Below are positions 20,764 through 29,478 of a DNA stretch of 37,894 bases, one piece after another (within the stretch, counting starts at the first letter, position 1; each line of letters starts with the position of its first letter). The translations under genes were made by a program, and so were the position numbers. Origin of the DNA: Candidatus Melainabacteria bacterium (lineage in GTDB: Bacteria; Cyanobacteriota; Vampirovibrionia; Obscuribacterales; JAKAZS01); NCBI GenBank assembly GCA_027371815.1, contig DAHXLC010000078.1, positions 1 through 37,894 on the forward strand. Reading direction: 5' to 3'. Under the pieces are notes generated by a model that saw nothing but the letters and a program-made list of their open reading frames with translations, had not been told where the DNA came from and did not search any database.

Positions 20764-21273
20764 TCAATAAGGATAATATCCATAAGGATAGACAGGTTGA
20801 TAGTAGACTGGCGGTACATAATTATAATAGCTGTAAGGCAGATAGCCATAGCTATTAATTATGCTCCAGAAATACCAAGGCAGAGGATTCCAGCCACCAT
20901 TAAAGAAATAAAAGTACCGGCCATAAGAATCACAATAATAATGGTTAAAATCCCTATCCCCAAAAACATTATGCGGAAACCAACCATTATAACCACCACG
21001 ATAACCGCCATAATAACCACCACGATAGCCGCCAGCATAACCACCGCGATAGCCGCCATAATAACCACCACGATAGCCGCCAACATAACCACCACGATAG
21101 CCAACACGATTAATTACAGCGGCATGGTTATTATAGCTTGCGCTAGACCCACCAACCATACCACGAACACTCGAGAAACTAGGCGTACTTGCATTAGCTT
21201 GTCCGATTGCAACAAAGATTAAAACGGCTGCAATTAAAAAACCAAACATGAAATTACGATTTTTCGTATTCAT
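20764..21273 (-). CDS. Secreted Gly/Tyr/Arg-rich low-complexity protein
   Basis: The ATG at 21273 is preceded by AAGGAG with a 7-nt spacer; the TTG at 21300 in the ORF track is less likely. The signal peptide is MNTKNRNFMFGFLIAAVLIFVAIGQANA/S. Five GYRGGY(V/Y/A/Y/N)G octads follow. Then comes an aromatic tail, WFPHNVFGDRDFNHYYCDSYGRYFYFFNGGWNPLPWYFW...YYNYVPPVYYQPVYPYGYYPY. A good terminator lies downstream. Confidence 0.75.
   Translation of the reverse strand: MNTKNRNFMFGFLIAAVLIFVAIGQANASTPSFSSVRGMVGGSSASYNNHAAVINRVGYRGGYVGGYRGGYYGGYRGGYAGGYRGGYYGGYRGGYNGWFPHNVFGDRDFNHYYCDSYGRYFYFFNGGWNPLPWYFWSIINSYGYLPYSYYNYVPPVYYQPVYPYGYYPY
20983..21102. repeat. 24-bp in-frame tandem repeat, 5 copies, encoding GYRGGYxG
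   Basis: The plus strand shows ataaccacc(a/g)cgata(a/g)ccgcc-type units. The translation is GYRGGYVG GYRGGYYG GYRGGYAG GYRGGYYG GYRGGYNG. Confidence 0.9.
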
Positions 21274-21702
21274 AACAATTCTCCTTATCTTTTTGCCCAA
21301 AATATTTGGGGTTATTTGCTTGCAGTTGAAATCAAAAAATTAAATAATTAGCGCTTTCCTTCAAAATAAAAAATAAAAAATTTATACTTTACATCCTAAC
21401 AATTTGAATCAAAATATCAAAATTTATTTTTTGAATAAATTAATAAAATTTACTATTTTATGCAGTTACCAAAATTATCACTTGGTTTTTCTGATTAAAA
21501 TTAGTAAAATTACTAAACTTCGACATTAGCGCAACTCTACTAATAGCTATTGTTTTTAAGCCGCTAATTTAGCTTAACAAAAAAGTTATTTACCTACAGC
21601 TCAACCAAAATTTATTTATCAACTTATGCCAACCAATATAAAACAACTAGCATAATTAAACTAAGCCTACAACAATTTTAAATTTTGAATAATTGAAACA
21701 GT

Positions 21703-22923
21703 TTATTCTTCGCTTTGAACAATTTTAGCTAAATCTTCGCCAGCTTCAATAGTTACCGAAGCATCTAAATCACCAATAGAAGCATTTACGATTGAACCTT
21801 GATTATTTAAATCACTTAACACTAATAAGGCTTCTTGTGGATTACCTTTTTGAGCAATTATTTTTGATTTTACCAAAGGTTTAGTCTTATCAAAATTATC
21901 ATTATTGATAATATAAGTATTATAACCTTTATTGCGTAAATAACTTGATACTTTACTAGCTAGATGTGGGGTTGAACTAGCATTTTCAATGGCTACCTTA
22001 AAATTACGATTAACGATATTAGTTTGATACGATCCTAAAAACCAAGCATTAATGTCATAAAGTTTTTGTCGATCAGCAAGCCAATTTCCATCTCCGGAAA
22101 AATTCCCGGGCAGCATTGACAACATAAAATTCTTTTTGGGAACGCCGCGCGCAAAATTAGCTAAGCCTAAAATATCCGAAAAATCCATGTCCGTTAACAA
22201 GTATTGTTTTTCCAATTCAATTAATTGCGGTAAATGAGTCCATACTTCAGGCTGAGCCAATTTAATTAAAACTGCATGCATGAATAACTGTTGCCTTTGC
22301 ACACGGCCAATATCACCTAATGCATCATGGCGAAAACGCACAAAACCCATAGCCTGATTGCCCGTTAAAGTATGAAAACCTGGTTCTAACTCAATTTTAA
22401 GCTTAGCCGTCCAATCCATATATTTCATTGGCTTGGGAATTTGAACCGTTATTCCACCAATGATGTCTACAGCCTTTACCAACCCAGCTAAATTTAACAC
22501 AACATAATGGTCAATAGGCACATTTAACAGATTTTTTACGGTTTGCATCGCTAAACTTGGACCACCTAAGGCATTAGCTGAATTCACTTTCTGATGACCG
22601 AATCCCGGAACTAGTACAAAAGTATCGCGCGGAATCGATAAAGCGGTTATCGTATTACGAAATGGGTCGAACCTTACTAAAATCATAGTATCAGAGCGCC
22701 CGTTAAACGCTGTCTTATCAGCAACGTTTTTACGACCGGCCAGACTATAGACTACATCAGTACCCATAACCAAAATTGTTGCTGGTTCTTTGAGCCCACC
22801 CAGGCGCAACATTGGCGGCAAAAGATCAGGATTAGTAAAATTGGTATAAAAATAACCGCCAGCTATTCCAATTAAAGCGGCAATGATAAAAATTAAAGAC
22901 CAAGTAAAAGTTTTTCCCGACAT
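21703..22923 (-). CDS. LytR-CpsA-Psr (LCP) family cell-envelope polymer transferase with a C-terminal LytR_C-like domain
   Basis: It has an N-terminal TM anchor (WSLIFIIAALIGIAGGYF). LCP motifs are present: ILVMGTDV, RSDTMILVRFDP, LSIPRDT and FVRFRHD. Confidence 0.85.
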   Translation of the reverse strand: MSGKTFTWSLIFIIAALIGIAGGYFYTNFTNPDLLPPMLRLGGLKEPATILVMGTDVVYSLAGRKNVADKTAFNGRSDTMILVRFDPFRNTITALSIPRDTFVLVPGFGHQKVNSANALGGPSLAMQTVKNLLNVPIDHYVVLNLAGLVKAVDIIGGITVQIPKPMKYMDWTAKLKIELEPGFHTLTGNQAMGFVRFRHDALGDIGRVQRQQLFMHAVLIKLAQPEVWTHLPQLIELEKQYLLTDMDFSDILGLANFARGVPKKNFMLSMLPGNFSGDGNWLADRQKLYDINAWFLGSYQTNIVNRNFKVAIENASSTPHLASKVSSYLRNKGYNTYIINNDNFDKTKPLVKSKIIAQKGNPQEALLVLSDLNNQGSIVNASIGDLDASVTIEAGEDLAKIVQSEE

Positions 22924-23121
22924 TTTAAGATAATATATTCTCTTATAGTTAATATGTACTTTAATGTGTAAAATATTAATTAATTTTCAATGATTTTCCT
23001 AAAATCAATTTTAAAAATTTTCAACCTTAGCCTAAAGCATATTTATAGTATATGCATTTTACCTCTTAAATTATCACGCTGAAAATTATTGCCAAGTTGT
23101 AAACAACTTTCCCTTAACACA

Positions 23122-24078
23122 ATGAAACAAATCCTCGTTTTAAATTTTGGCGGCCTTGGTGATGAAATATTATTTTTACCAACGCTAAAATCCCTTAAAA
23201 CCCTTTACCCTAATTCCTATTTAACCTTAGTACTTGAGCCACGAGCTCAAAGTATTATTGAATTAACTTCAGATATTGATGAAGTTAAAACCTTTGACAT
23301 TAAGAAAAGACCTCTTTTAGTTAAAGATTTACTTGATTTACTCGGGTTATTACGGAGTAAATCATATGACATTGTTATATCTTCAGGATCTTCCCCGCTT
23401 GTGGCTATATTATTATTTTTATCTGGTATAGCAATTAGAGTGGGTTTCAATTGCAATATTGTAAGCAACCTACTCCTAACCCATAAAGCCAAGCTAAATC
23501 AAAATCAATATGCTGGACTTATGTATTATTCATTAGCTCAAAGTCTTGGCGCTAAACCAAAGCAAACTCTAAAGCCCGAAATTCATTTAACCAATATTGA
23601 CAATCAAACAATTCAAGATAATAACTTAACCAATAAACCTTTTATTTTAATTCATCCTGGTACCAGTAAATTATCTTTAAAAAAAGGCATCATTAAAACC
23701 TATGACAACTGGCCTGCCTTAATTAACAATCTCATTGACGAATTTCAACAATATCAAATTGTCTTAACCGGTGGGCCAGAAGATAGTGATATTATTTTAG
23801 CCTTACAAACCCAAATCAAAACTAGTAGTAACTTTAAAATTATCTATAATCCTCAATTAAGACTTAAAAGTTTTATTAACCTCTTAAACTTAAGTTCTCT
23901 GTTTATCTGCTTAGATTCAGCACCAATGCATATTGCCTGTGGCCTAAACAAGAAACTTATTGCCTTATTTGGACCAACCGATCCACTTAAACTTTTACCC
24001 GAAAATACTTCATTTAAGGCTAAACCACTTACAATTAAAGCTGCAGAATTAACCCAAGAAATTAAATGTTTTCTCTAA
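23122..24078 (+). CDS. Glycosyltransferase family 9 (heptosyltransferase-like)
   Basis: The MKQILVLNFGGLGDEILFLPTLKSLK N-terminus is typical of GT9. DSAPMHIA lies near the C-terminus. I prefer the ATG at 23122 to the TTG at 23089. Confidence 0.8.
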   Translation: MKQILVLNFGGLGDEILFLPTLKSLKTLYPNSYLTLVLEPRAQSIIELTSDIDEVKTFDIKKRPLLVKDLLDLLGLLRSKSYDIVISSGSSPLVAILLFLSGIAIRVGFNCNIVSNLLLTHKAKLNQNQYAGLMYYSLAQSLGAKPKQTLKPEIHLTNIDNQTIQDNNLTNKPFILIHPGTSKLSLKKGIIKTYDNWPALINNLIDEFQQYQIVLTGGPEDSDIILALQTQIKTSSNFKIIYNPQLRLKSFINLLNLSSLFICLDSAPMHIACGLNKKLIALFGPTDPLKLLPENTSFKAKPLTIKAAELTQEIKCFL

Positions 24079-24165
24079 ATAATACCAACACAATATCAAT
24101 TAGCGAATCTAAGTTTTTAGCAATTTGAATAAGGTAAAATATTAACTTTAAAACTTATCTAGTCT

Positions 24166-25200
24166 TCAATTTTCAAATAAGTCTAAAGGCAAGTCGTCAA
24201 CATTAAAATCAGGTATTTTACTCATAGCGCTAAGAAAACAATCAACAATTTTAATATCAAACTGTTTGCCTTTAAATTTATTAAGTTCAGCTACGGCTAA
24301 ATTATGACCAATAGCCTTACGATAGGGGCGATCTGATGTCATTGCGTCATAAGCATCCGCCACCAAAATAATTTTTGATCCTAAAGGTATTTCTTCATCC
24401 AGCAAATTAGCCGGATAACCACTTCCATCAACGAATTCATGATGATATAAAACATAGTCTTTAACCTTATCCAACATTTTTAAATTTTCGACAATGTGAG
24501 CCGAAGTAACTGGATGTAAATTCATTATCTGTTTTTCAGTAATATCTAAAGCTGATTCCTTCCAAAGAATTGATTCTGGAACCCCAATTTTACCAATATC
24601 ATGTAAAACGCCACCCAGACCCAAATAAAACAAATCAGCATCAAGTAAATTTAAAGACTTACCAATAAATATTGCCAGTTTACCAACCCTAAGACTGTGG
24701 CCAGCAGTATAGCCACATTTAGCATCCAAGGCACAACTTAGGGCTTCAATAACATATTGAACGGGCAAGCGCTGTTTTACATTATGCTGTTCAGCTGAAT
24801 TGTTACTTAAACCAGAAATCAATTGCGAAATTTGCTTAACATGACTAATCATTTCAAGATTACTTGCGGGTAATGTCAAATAAAGATCTATTAAATTTTG
24901 CTTGAAGCCCTGGATAATTTTATCCTCAATTAAATTATTCGCTTTATCAACGAGTAAAATATTAATTATGCCAGGATTAACTACTTTAACCTGTTGAAAC
25001 AAAGTAAAATCATCATTTAAAATATTATTATGTGCAACTACAACTTTAACATTTGAGTCTTTAACAATCGTTTCAACTAAATCAATTTGATTAACGACCG
25101 AAGTGGGAATATCAGCCAAATGAAATTGATCACAATAATCTTTATATTGCTTTAAAAGCTCGGGTCTTACTAATAATATCGAAGAAAGTTTAGACAGCAT
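24166..25200 (-). CDS. HD-GYP domain phosphodiesterase with a degenerate receiver-like N-terminal domain
   Basis: It has HSLRVG, VLHDIGKIGVP and HHEFVDGSGYP motifs. The N-terminal roughly 125 aa has a REC-like beta/alpha pattern. It lacks the acidic pocket: ILLVRPE instead of DD/DE, and VVVAHNN instead of the phospho-Asp. The start is uncertain (ATG at 25200, 25227 or 25257). Confidence 0.85.
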   Translation of the reverse strand: MLSKLSSILLVRPELLKQYKDYCDQFHLADIPTSVVNQIDLVETIVKDSNVKVVVAHNNILNDDFTLFQQVKVVNPGIINILLVDKANNLIEDKIIQGFKQNLIDLYLTLPASNLEMISHVKQISQLISGLSNNSAEQHNVKQRLPVQYVIEALSCALDAKCGYTAGHSLRVGKLAIFIGKSLNLLDADLFYLGLGGVLHDIGKIGVPESILWKESALDITEKQIMNLHPVTSAHIVENLKMLDKVKDYVLYHHEFVDGSGYPANLLDEEIPLGSKIILVADAYDAMTSDRPYRKAIGHNLAVAELNKFKGKQFDIKIVDCFLSAMSKIPDFNVDDLPLDLFEN

Positions 25201-25308
25201 CAAAAAAAGTTTAACTAAAAAAAACATTACCCTATGTTTAACACACAGAATTAACATTATACTAAAGTAATAGCTTAATTAGATAAGGCTTTAAAAAATT
25301 TTTGACAA

Positions 25309-25530
25309 TTAATAAGTAAAAGCCGAAGCACCACCAGTTAACATTAAATGGCGAGTCTTATTGATTTTTAAATCTTGACAACTGTTACTTGGCAAAGTTA
25401 TACTTCGTGCGATATTTACTGATTCAGTAGCTTGAACGTGATAAGAATTAGGGTTTTGGCTAACTAGATGAGATACAATTAAAAGCGGTACAATAATATT
25501 AATAATATTGATTTTAGGGTTTAACATCAT
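25309..25530 (-). CDS. Possible small secreted or hydrophobic protein (hypothetical)
   Basis: 73-aa ORF with a hydrophobic N-terminus (INIINIIVPLLIVSHLV), lying in an otherwise unassigned gap upstream of the HD-GYP gene. The SD is weak and there is no recognisable motif. Confidence 0.25.
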   Translation of the reverse strand: MMLNPKINIINIIVPLLIVSHLVSQNPNSYHVQATESVNIARSITLPSNSCQDLKINKTRHLMLTGGASAFTY

Positions 25531-25700
25531 CTATTTCTCAATAACCTATATAGCCAGTATAGGCCTAAATTTAAAATAAGCAAGAAAAAATTAAATATTT
25601 TTTAGCTATTTGGTCAATAATTAGATTTCTTTTATCTTTGGCATTTTTCTTACAATTAGCGATTGTCCTTTATAGTAAAGATTACCCAAACTTAATTAAT

Positions 25701-26423
25701 ATGATTCAAAAAATATTTAAGCTATACACCATTGTTTATTTAATAATTAGCTTTAACAACCAAAATCTCCTGGCCAAATCAATTTGTGTTAAAAATAGTA
25801 CTTTAATAAACAAAAAAATGAACATCGATATTGAATACCCTCAAATTAATGTACCTTCAAAATTAAACATTGCTATAAATAAATTAATTAATGAAGAAAA
25901 ATCATTTTATCTTAAATACCTAAATTACAATTATCCGCATAAAAACACTCAAGAAGTCTACCAAAACTCAAGCTTAAACATATCCTCTAATATTGCCTAT
26001 CAGACCCCAAATTTTATTTCATTGGCGGTATATTCAACCAACTCAGTTTATGGCTCGGCTCATGGAAGCGACAATGTAACTGCTTTTAATTATATTGCGG
26101 CTCAAGATAAAATTTTAAGTATTCAGGACTGTTTTAGACCTAAGACTAACTATTTAACTACTATCAAAAATTTAGCTGCTGCTGACTTAGCTAGACAGTT
26201 AGCCAAAGACAAAACTTTTAACATAAATACAATTTCAACATTAATTGAAGCTAAAAATGAAACTTTTAGAAATTTTACCCTTACCCGAACCAGTATAATT
26301 ATTTATTTCAATGAATATGAGGTTTTACCCTATTTTATGGGTATTCAAAAAGTAAATATCGACTTAAAATCCCTTACTAAATATGTAAGACCTGAGATTT
26401 TAGCAATTCTACATGGCCACTAA
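25701..26423 (+). CDS. Secreted DUF4163/DUF3298-like (RsiV/PdaC-type) domain protein
   Basis: The ATG at 25701 gives the signal peptide MIQKIFKLYTIVYLIISFNNQNLLA. IDIEYPQI matches the DUF4163-type start. The C-terminal IIIYFNEYEVLPYFMGIQKVNIDL matches the DUF3298 Y-x-I-A-P-Y-A-x-G-type motif (recalled from memory). Confidence 0.6.
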   Translation: MIQKIFKLYTIVYLIISFNNQNLLAKSICVKNSTLINKKMNIDIEYPQINVPSKLNIAINKLINEEKSFYLKYLNYNYPHKNTQEVYQNSSLNISSNIAYQTPNFISLAVYSTNSVYGSAHGSDNVTAFNYIAAQDKILSIQDCFRPKTNYLTTIKNLAAADLARQLAKDKTFNINTISTLIEAKNETFRNFTLTRTSIIIYFNEYEVLPYFMGIQKVNIDLKSLTKYVRPEILAILHGH

Positions 26424-26550
26424 TATGAAAGCAAACACGAAAACTATTCTACAAATGACAATGGGAAACCAGATTTTAACAACTTTAAATGACACAGTAT
26501 TAATATTCATAATCAAGGGATTATAAATAAAAGTGGTATTATAATGCAAT

Positions 26551-27282
26551 ATGATTAAAATCTCCAGCAATATTTTTAAAATAATATTTCATCTGATATT
26601 TTTGATTAGTTATGCTCAAGCACAATCAGCCTACCTTCAAGCTATAAATCAACAATATAATAATAAAAAATACAATTTAAAATTAACCTATCCCCATTAC
26701 CATAATACAATCTTACCTTTAATAACGATAAATCATGATATAGATGATTGTATTAAATTAATAAAAAATACCTATTTGAGACAGCTTAAAGCTAAAACCA
26801 ATGGCTTTAAACAACAAACAATCCTCAATCATTCTTATTTTAATTTGAATTATCATACTATTTATAATACCGGAAACATTTTAAGTTTCACTTTAATAAT
26901 TGATGAAATAAAATATCCAACTACACATGTTAAATGCCCTAAGATAATATCGTTTAATTACTATCTTAACAATCAAAAAAAAATTCTTTTATCAGACTGT
27001 TTTAGTCATGACTTTGATTATTTAAGCTTTATTCATAATTATTGTTATCAGGAAATTTTAAATAATTTTATTAAAATCAATTATCAATTTTCACATGCAG
27101 CTTTAAAAGAATCTATTTATGATACCAATATTAACAATTTTCAAATTACCCATAACGGTCTGGTTATTTATTTTAATCCTAATGAAATTATGCCCTTTAG
27201 CCATGGAATACAAAAAATTATTATTCCTTATAACAAATTAACATTATCATCTAAACTAAAAAAAGCCTTAAATTGTAAATAA
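26551..27282 (+). CDS. Secreted DUF4163/DUF3298-like protein, tandem paralog of the previous gene
   Basis: The signal peptide is MIKISSNIFKIIFHLIFLISYAQA/Q. LKLTYPHY and the C-terminal LVIYFNPNEIMPFSHGIQKIIIPYNKL parallel the neighbouring gene. Confidence 0.55.
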   Translation: MIKISSNIFKIIFHLIFLISYAQAQSAYLQAINQQYNNKKYNLKLTYPHYHNTILPLITINHDIDDCIKLIKNTYLRQLKAKTNGFKQQTILNHSYFNLNYHTIYNTGNILSFTLIIDEIKYPTTHVKCPKIISFNYYLNNQKKILLSDCFSHDFDYLSFIHNYCYQEILNNFIKINYQFSHAALKESIYDTNINNFQITHNGLVIYFNPNEIMPFSHGIQKIIIPYNKLTLSSKLKKALNCK

Positions 27283-27545
27283 TAAATTTGCAAAATAGTT
27301 TTGATCATTTTTAGCCAACAGCACGCCAATAACAGTAACTAGCTAATATAATTAATATTAATAAGATAAATTTATATTGCCAAAAACATAACTTAATTTA
27401 GCCTATTAGTTTATGTGTTAAATTCCGGTTAATTTTTAATTATATACGCAACTTTAGCGAAAATTTAATGTCTTGTATAAGTAATTAAAACAAATAATTC
27501 AATTAACTAATTAGAATAAATTTAAATAAAAGCGAGAGTGAGACT

Positions 27546-27872
27546 ATGAAAAATATCACGCTTAAATTTTTATATGTTATTACCGCAAGTATAATATTAA
27601 GTTTTAGTTCCATGAATGTGGCTTATGCCCATGCAAATGGTTATGGTCATGGTAATTGTAGTCATGGTGGTTATCATCACTACAGTTATGGGTTATGGCG
27701 AAATTTGTTTTATTATCACCATTATTATCCAAGACCTTATTGGGGATTTATTCCAGGTTTTAGGCATTACCGAAAATTTATGCTCTTTAATTTATTTAAT
27801 CCATTTTATTATTCTAATTATGGCTACTATCCATATAATTATGGTTATTATCCTTATAGGTTTTATTATTAA
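27546..27872 (+). CDS. Secreted Tyr/His-rich low-complexity protein
   Basis: A GAGAGTGAG purine-rich SD lies upstream of the ATG. The signal peptide is MKNITLKFLYVITASIILSFSSMNVAYA/H. The mature part is HANGYGHGNCSHGGYHHYSYGLWRNLFYYHHYYPRPYWGF...YYSNYGYYPYNYGYYPYRFYY. It shares the GYYPY-type tail with the 20764..21273 product. Confidence 0.65.
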   Translation: MKNITLKFLYVITASIILSFSSMNVAYAHANGYGHGNCSHGGYHHYSYGLWRNLFYYHHYYPRPYWGFIPGFRHYRKFMLFNLFNPFYYSNYGYYPYNYGYYPYRFYY

Positions 27873-28050
27873 GCAATTTAAAATTATATTACCATTGCCG
27901 TATCCTTCATCAAGCATCATAGCTTAGCAGTAATGAGCCCAACCCTCAACATTACTATTACAACAAATGATTTTCCTGATAAAATAACAGCTAAATTTTA
28001 ATGCTTCAAACCAGCAGCTTTAGCTAAACTATCTTAGTATATTTAAGCAT

Positions 28051-29478
28051 TTAGCATTTAAGCTTAGCGGACTTAAGAGCCTTAATCAGTTCCTGGCTAG
28101 ATTGTGCCCCGTTGGCAACACAATCGGGAATACCTACTCCATTATAAGCATTGCCACATAGTTTAATGTTGGGATATTTATTCAATTCATTGTTAATTGA
28201 TTCAATAAGCTTATAGTGACCCACTTGGTATTGTGGCATGGAATCAGGGTATTTAATCACATTACCGGAAATCGGATTAGCTTTTAAATCAAGAATTTCA
28301 CTTAACTCATTTTGAGCCTGAGCCAACAATTCTTGCTCTGATTTATGCAGATTGGCTTTAGCTATATCACCACAAATAAAAGCTCTTAGCCAAATTTTAT
28401 CACTAGCAGTACGATCGGGAAATTTACAGGAACTAAAACTACAGGCTTTAAGAAATTTTTCTTCAAGGGAAGGAACCACATAGCCAAAACCAGTAATATC
28501 ACGCCCTATAGATGATTTGTCAAAAATTAAATTAATCATAATCACACTAGAATATTCAATTTGATTTAACTTATTTGCTAGTTGAGGATTCCAGGATTTA
28601 ATCATATTACTAGTTACATAAGCTGGTGTTGCACAGATAATGCCTGCAACAGCCACTTTACTATTGTCAGTAAATTCTATCGTATAGCCGTTTTGGCAAA
28701 GGGTAATTTGGTTTACAGTTTTATTGCATTGAATACTATTACTCGGCAGATTTTTTACCAAGGCATTACATAATGTGCTTAGTCCATACTTTAAAGTCAT
28801 AAATAAACCATAACGTGGTCCTGATTCTTTAATTCCTGATTTGGCTGATTTCCAAAGACCGCGCACGACACTACCGTGTTTTAATTCCTGATGCCTGAAT
28901 AATTTAAGAACAAAATTAGCACTTAATTTATTAACATTGCCACCATAAATAGAGGATATCATTGGCTCGGCTACTTTGTCGTAAACTTCCTGCCCAAATC
29001 TTCGTTTTACATAATCAGCCACACTTTGATCAATTTCAGCTGGTACTGGTGTCAAGAACAAATCAGCTAAAACGCGAAGTTTAGCTTTAAAGGAAAATAA
29101 ACTGGATGAGTAAAAACTAGTAAAATTAGTAGGTGCAAACAGCCTAAAACCATCGGGCAAGGGTTTTAACTTACCCTGATGATAAATAAAAGTTCGTCGG
29201 TGATTAGGATTCATCGAAATCAAATCAGAACTTAGTCCTAATTCTTCAATTAAGTCTAAGATTTTATTATTTTGAGTAATAAATGCTTCTGGCCCTAATT
29301 CAACCAGGGTATCTTCAAGATAAGTGGTTTTTATATTGCCACCAATTTCAGCCTTGCTCTCATAAAGACAAATTTTATAAGGCAGGTTAGCAGCTTGGAT
29401 TAGTTTATCTAACTCATAAGCTGCACTAAGCCCAGCAATACCAGCACCAATAATGGCAATTTCTTCTTTAACTTGCAT
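28051..29478 (-). CDS. hemY: Protoporphyrinogen/coproporphyrinogen III oxidase, FAD-dependent (HemY type)
   Basis: It has the N-terminal dinucleotide-binding motif IAIIGAGIAGLSAAYEL. It is 475 aa and ends with a GNAYNGVGIPDCV motif typical of HemY/PPOX. Confidence 0.85.
   Translation of the reverse strand: MQVKEEIAIIGAGIAGLSAAYELDKLIQAANLPYKICLYESKAEIGGNIKTTYLEDTLVELGPEAFITQNNKILDLIEELGLSSDLISMNPNHRRTFIYHQGKLKPLPDGFRLFAPTNFTSFYSSSLFSFKAKLRVLADLFLTPVPAEIDQSVADYVKRRFGQEVYDKVAEPMISSIYGGNVNKLSANFVLKLFRHQELKHGSVVRGLWKSAKSGIKESGPRYGLFMTLKYGLSTLCNALVKNLPSNSIQCNKTVNQITLCQNGYTIEFTDNSKVAVAGIICATPAYVTSNMIKSWNPQLANKLNQIEYSSVIMINLIFDKSSIGRDITGFGYVVPSLEEKFLKACSFSSCKFPDRTASDKIWLRAFICGDIAKANLHKSEQELLAQAQNELSEILDLKANPISGNVIKYPDSMPQYQVGHYKLIESINNELNKYPNIKLCGNAYNGVGIPDCVANGAQSSQELIKALKSAKLKC

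Noticed and set aside
20797-21222. 141-aa plus-strand ORF (with the 82-aa minus-strand ORF at 20859..21107) overlapping the Gly/Tyr-rich gene
   Set aside because: Both are alternative-frame or antisense readings of the 24-bp GYRGGYxG repeat, giving monotonous ITTTIAA or VVVIMAA strings. They have no SD and no signal of independent function. The frame with the AAGGAG SD, signal peptide and terminator is the real gene.
27616-27927. 103-aa plus-strand ORF overlapping the Tyr/His-rich gene in another frame
   Set aside because: It is an out-of-frame reading of the same low-complexity DNA. It has no SD, and the frame starting at 27546 has the ribosome-binding site and the signal peptide.
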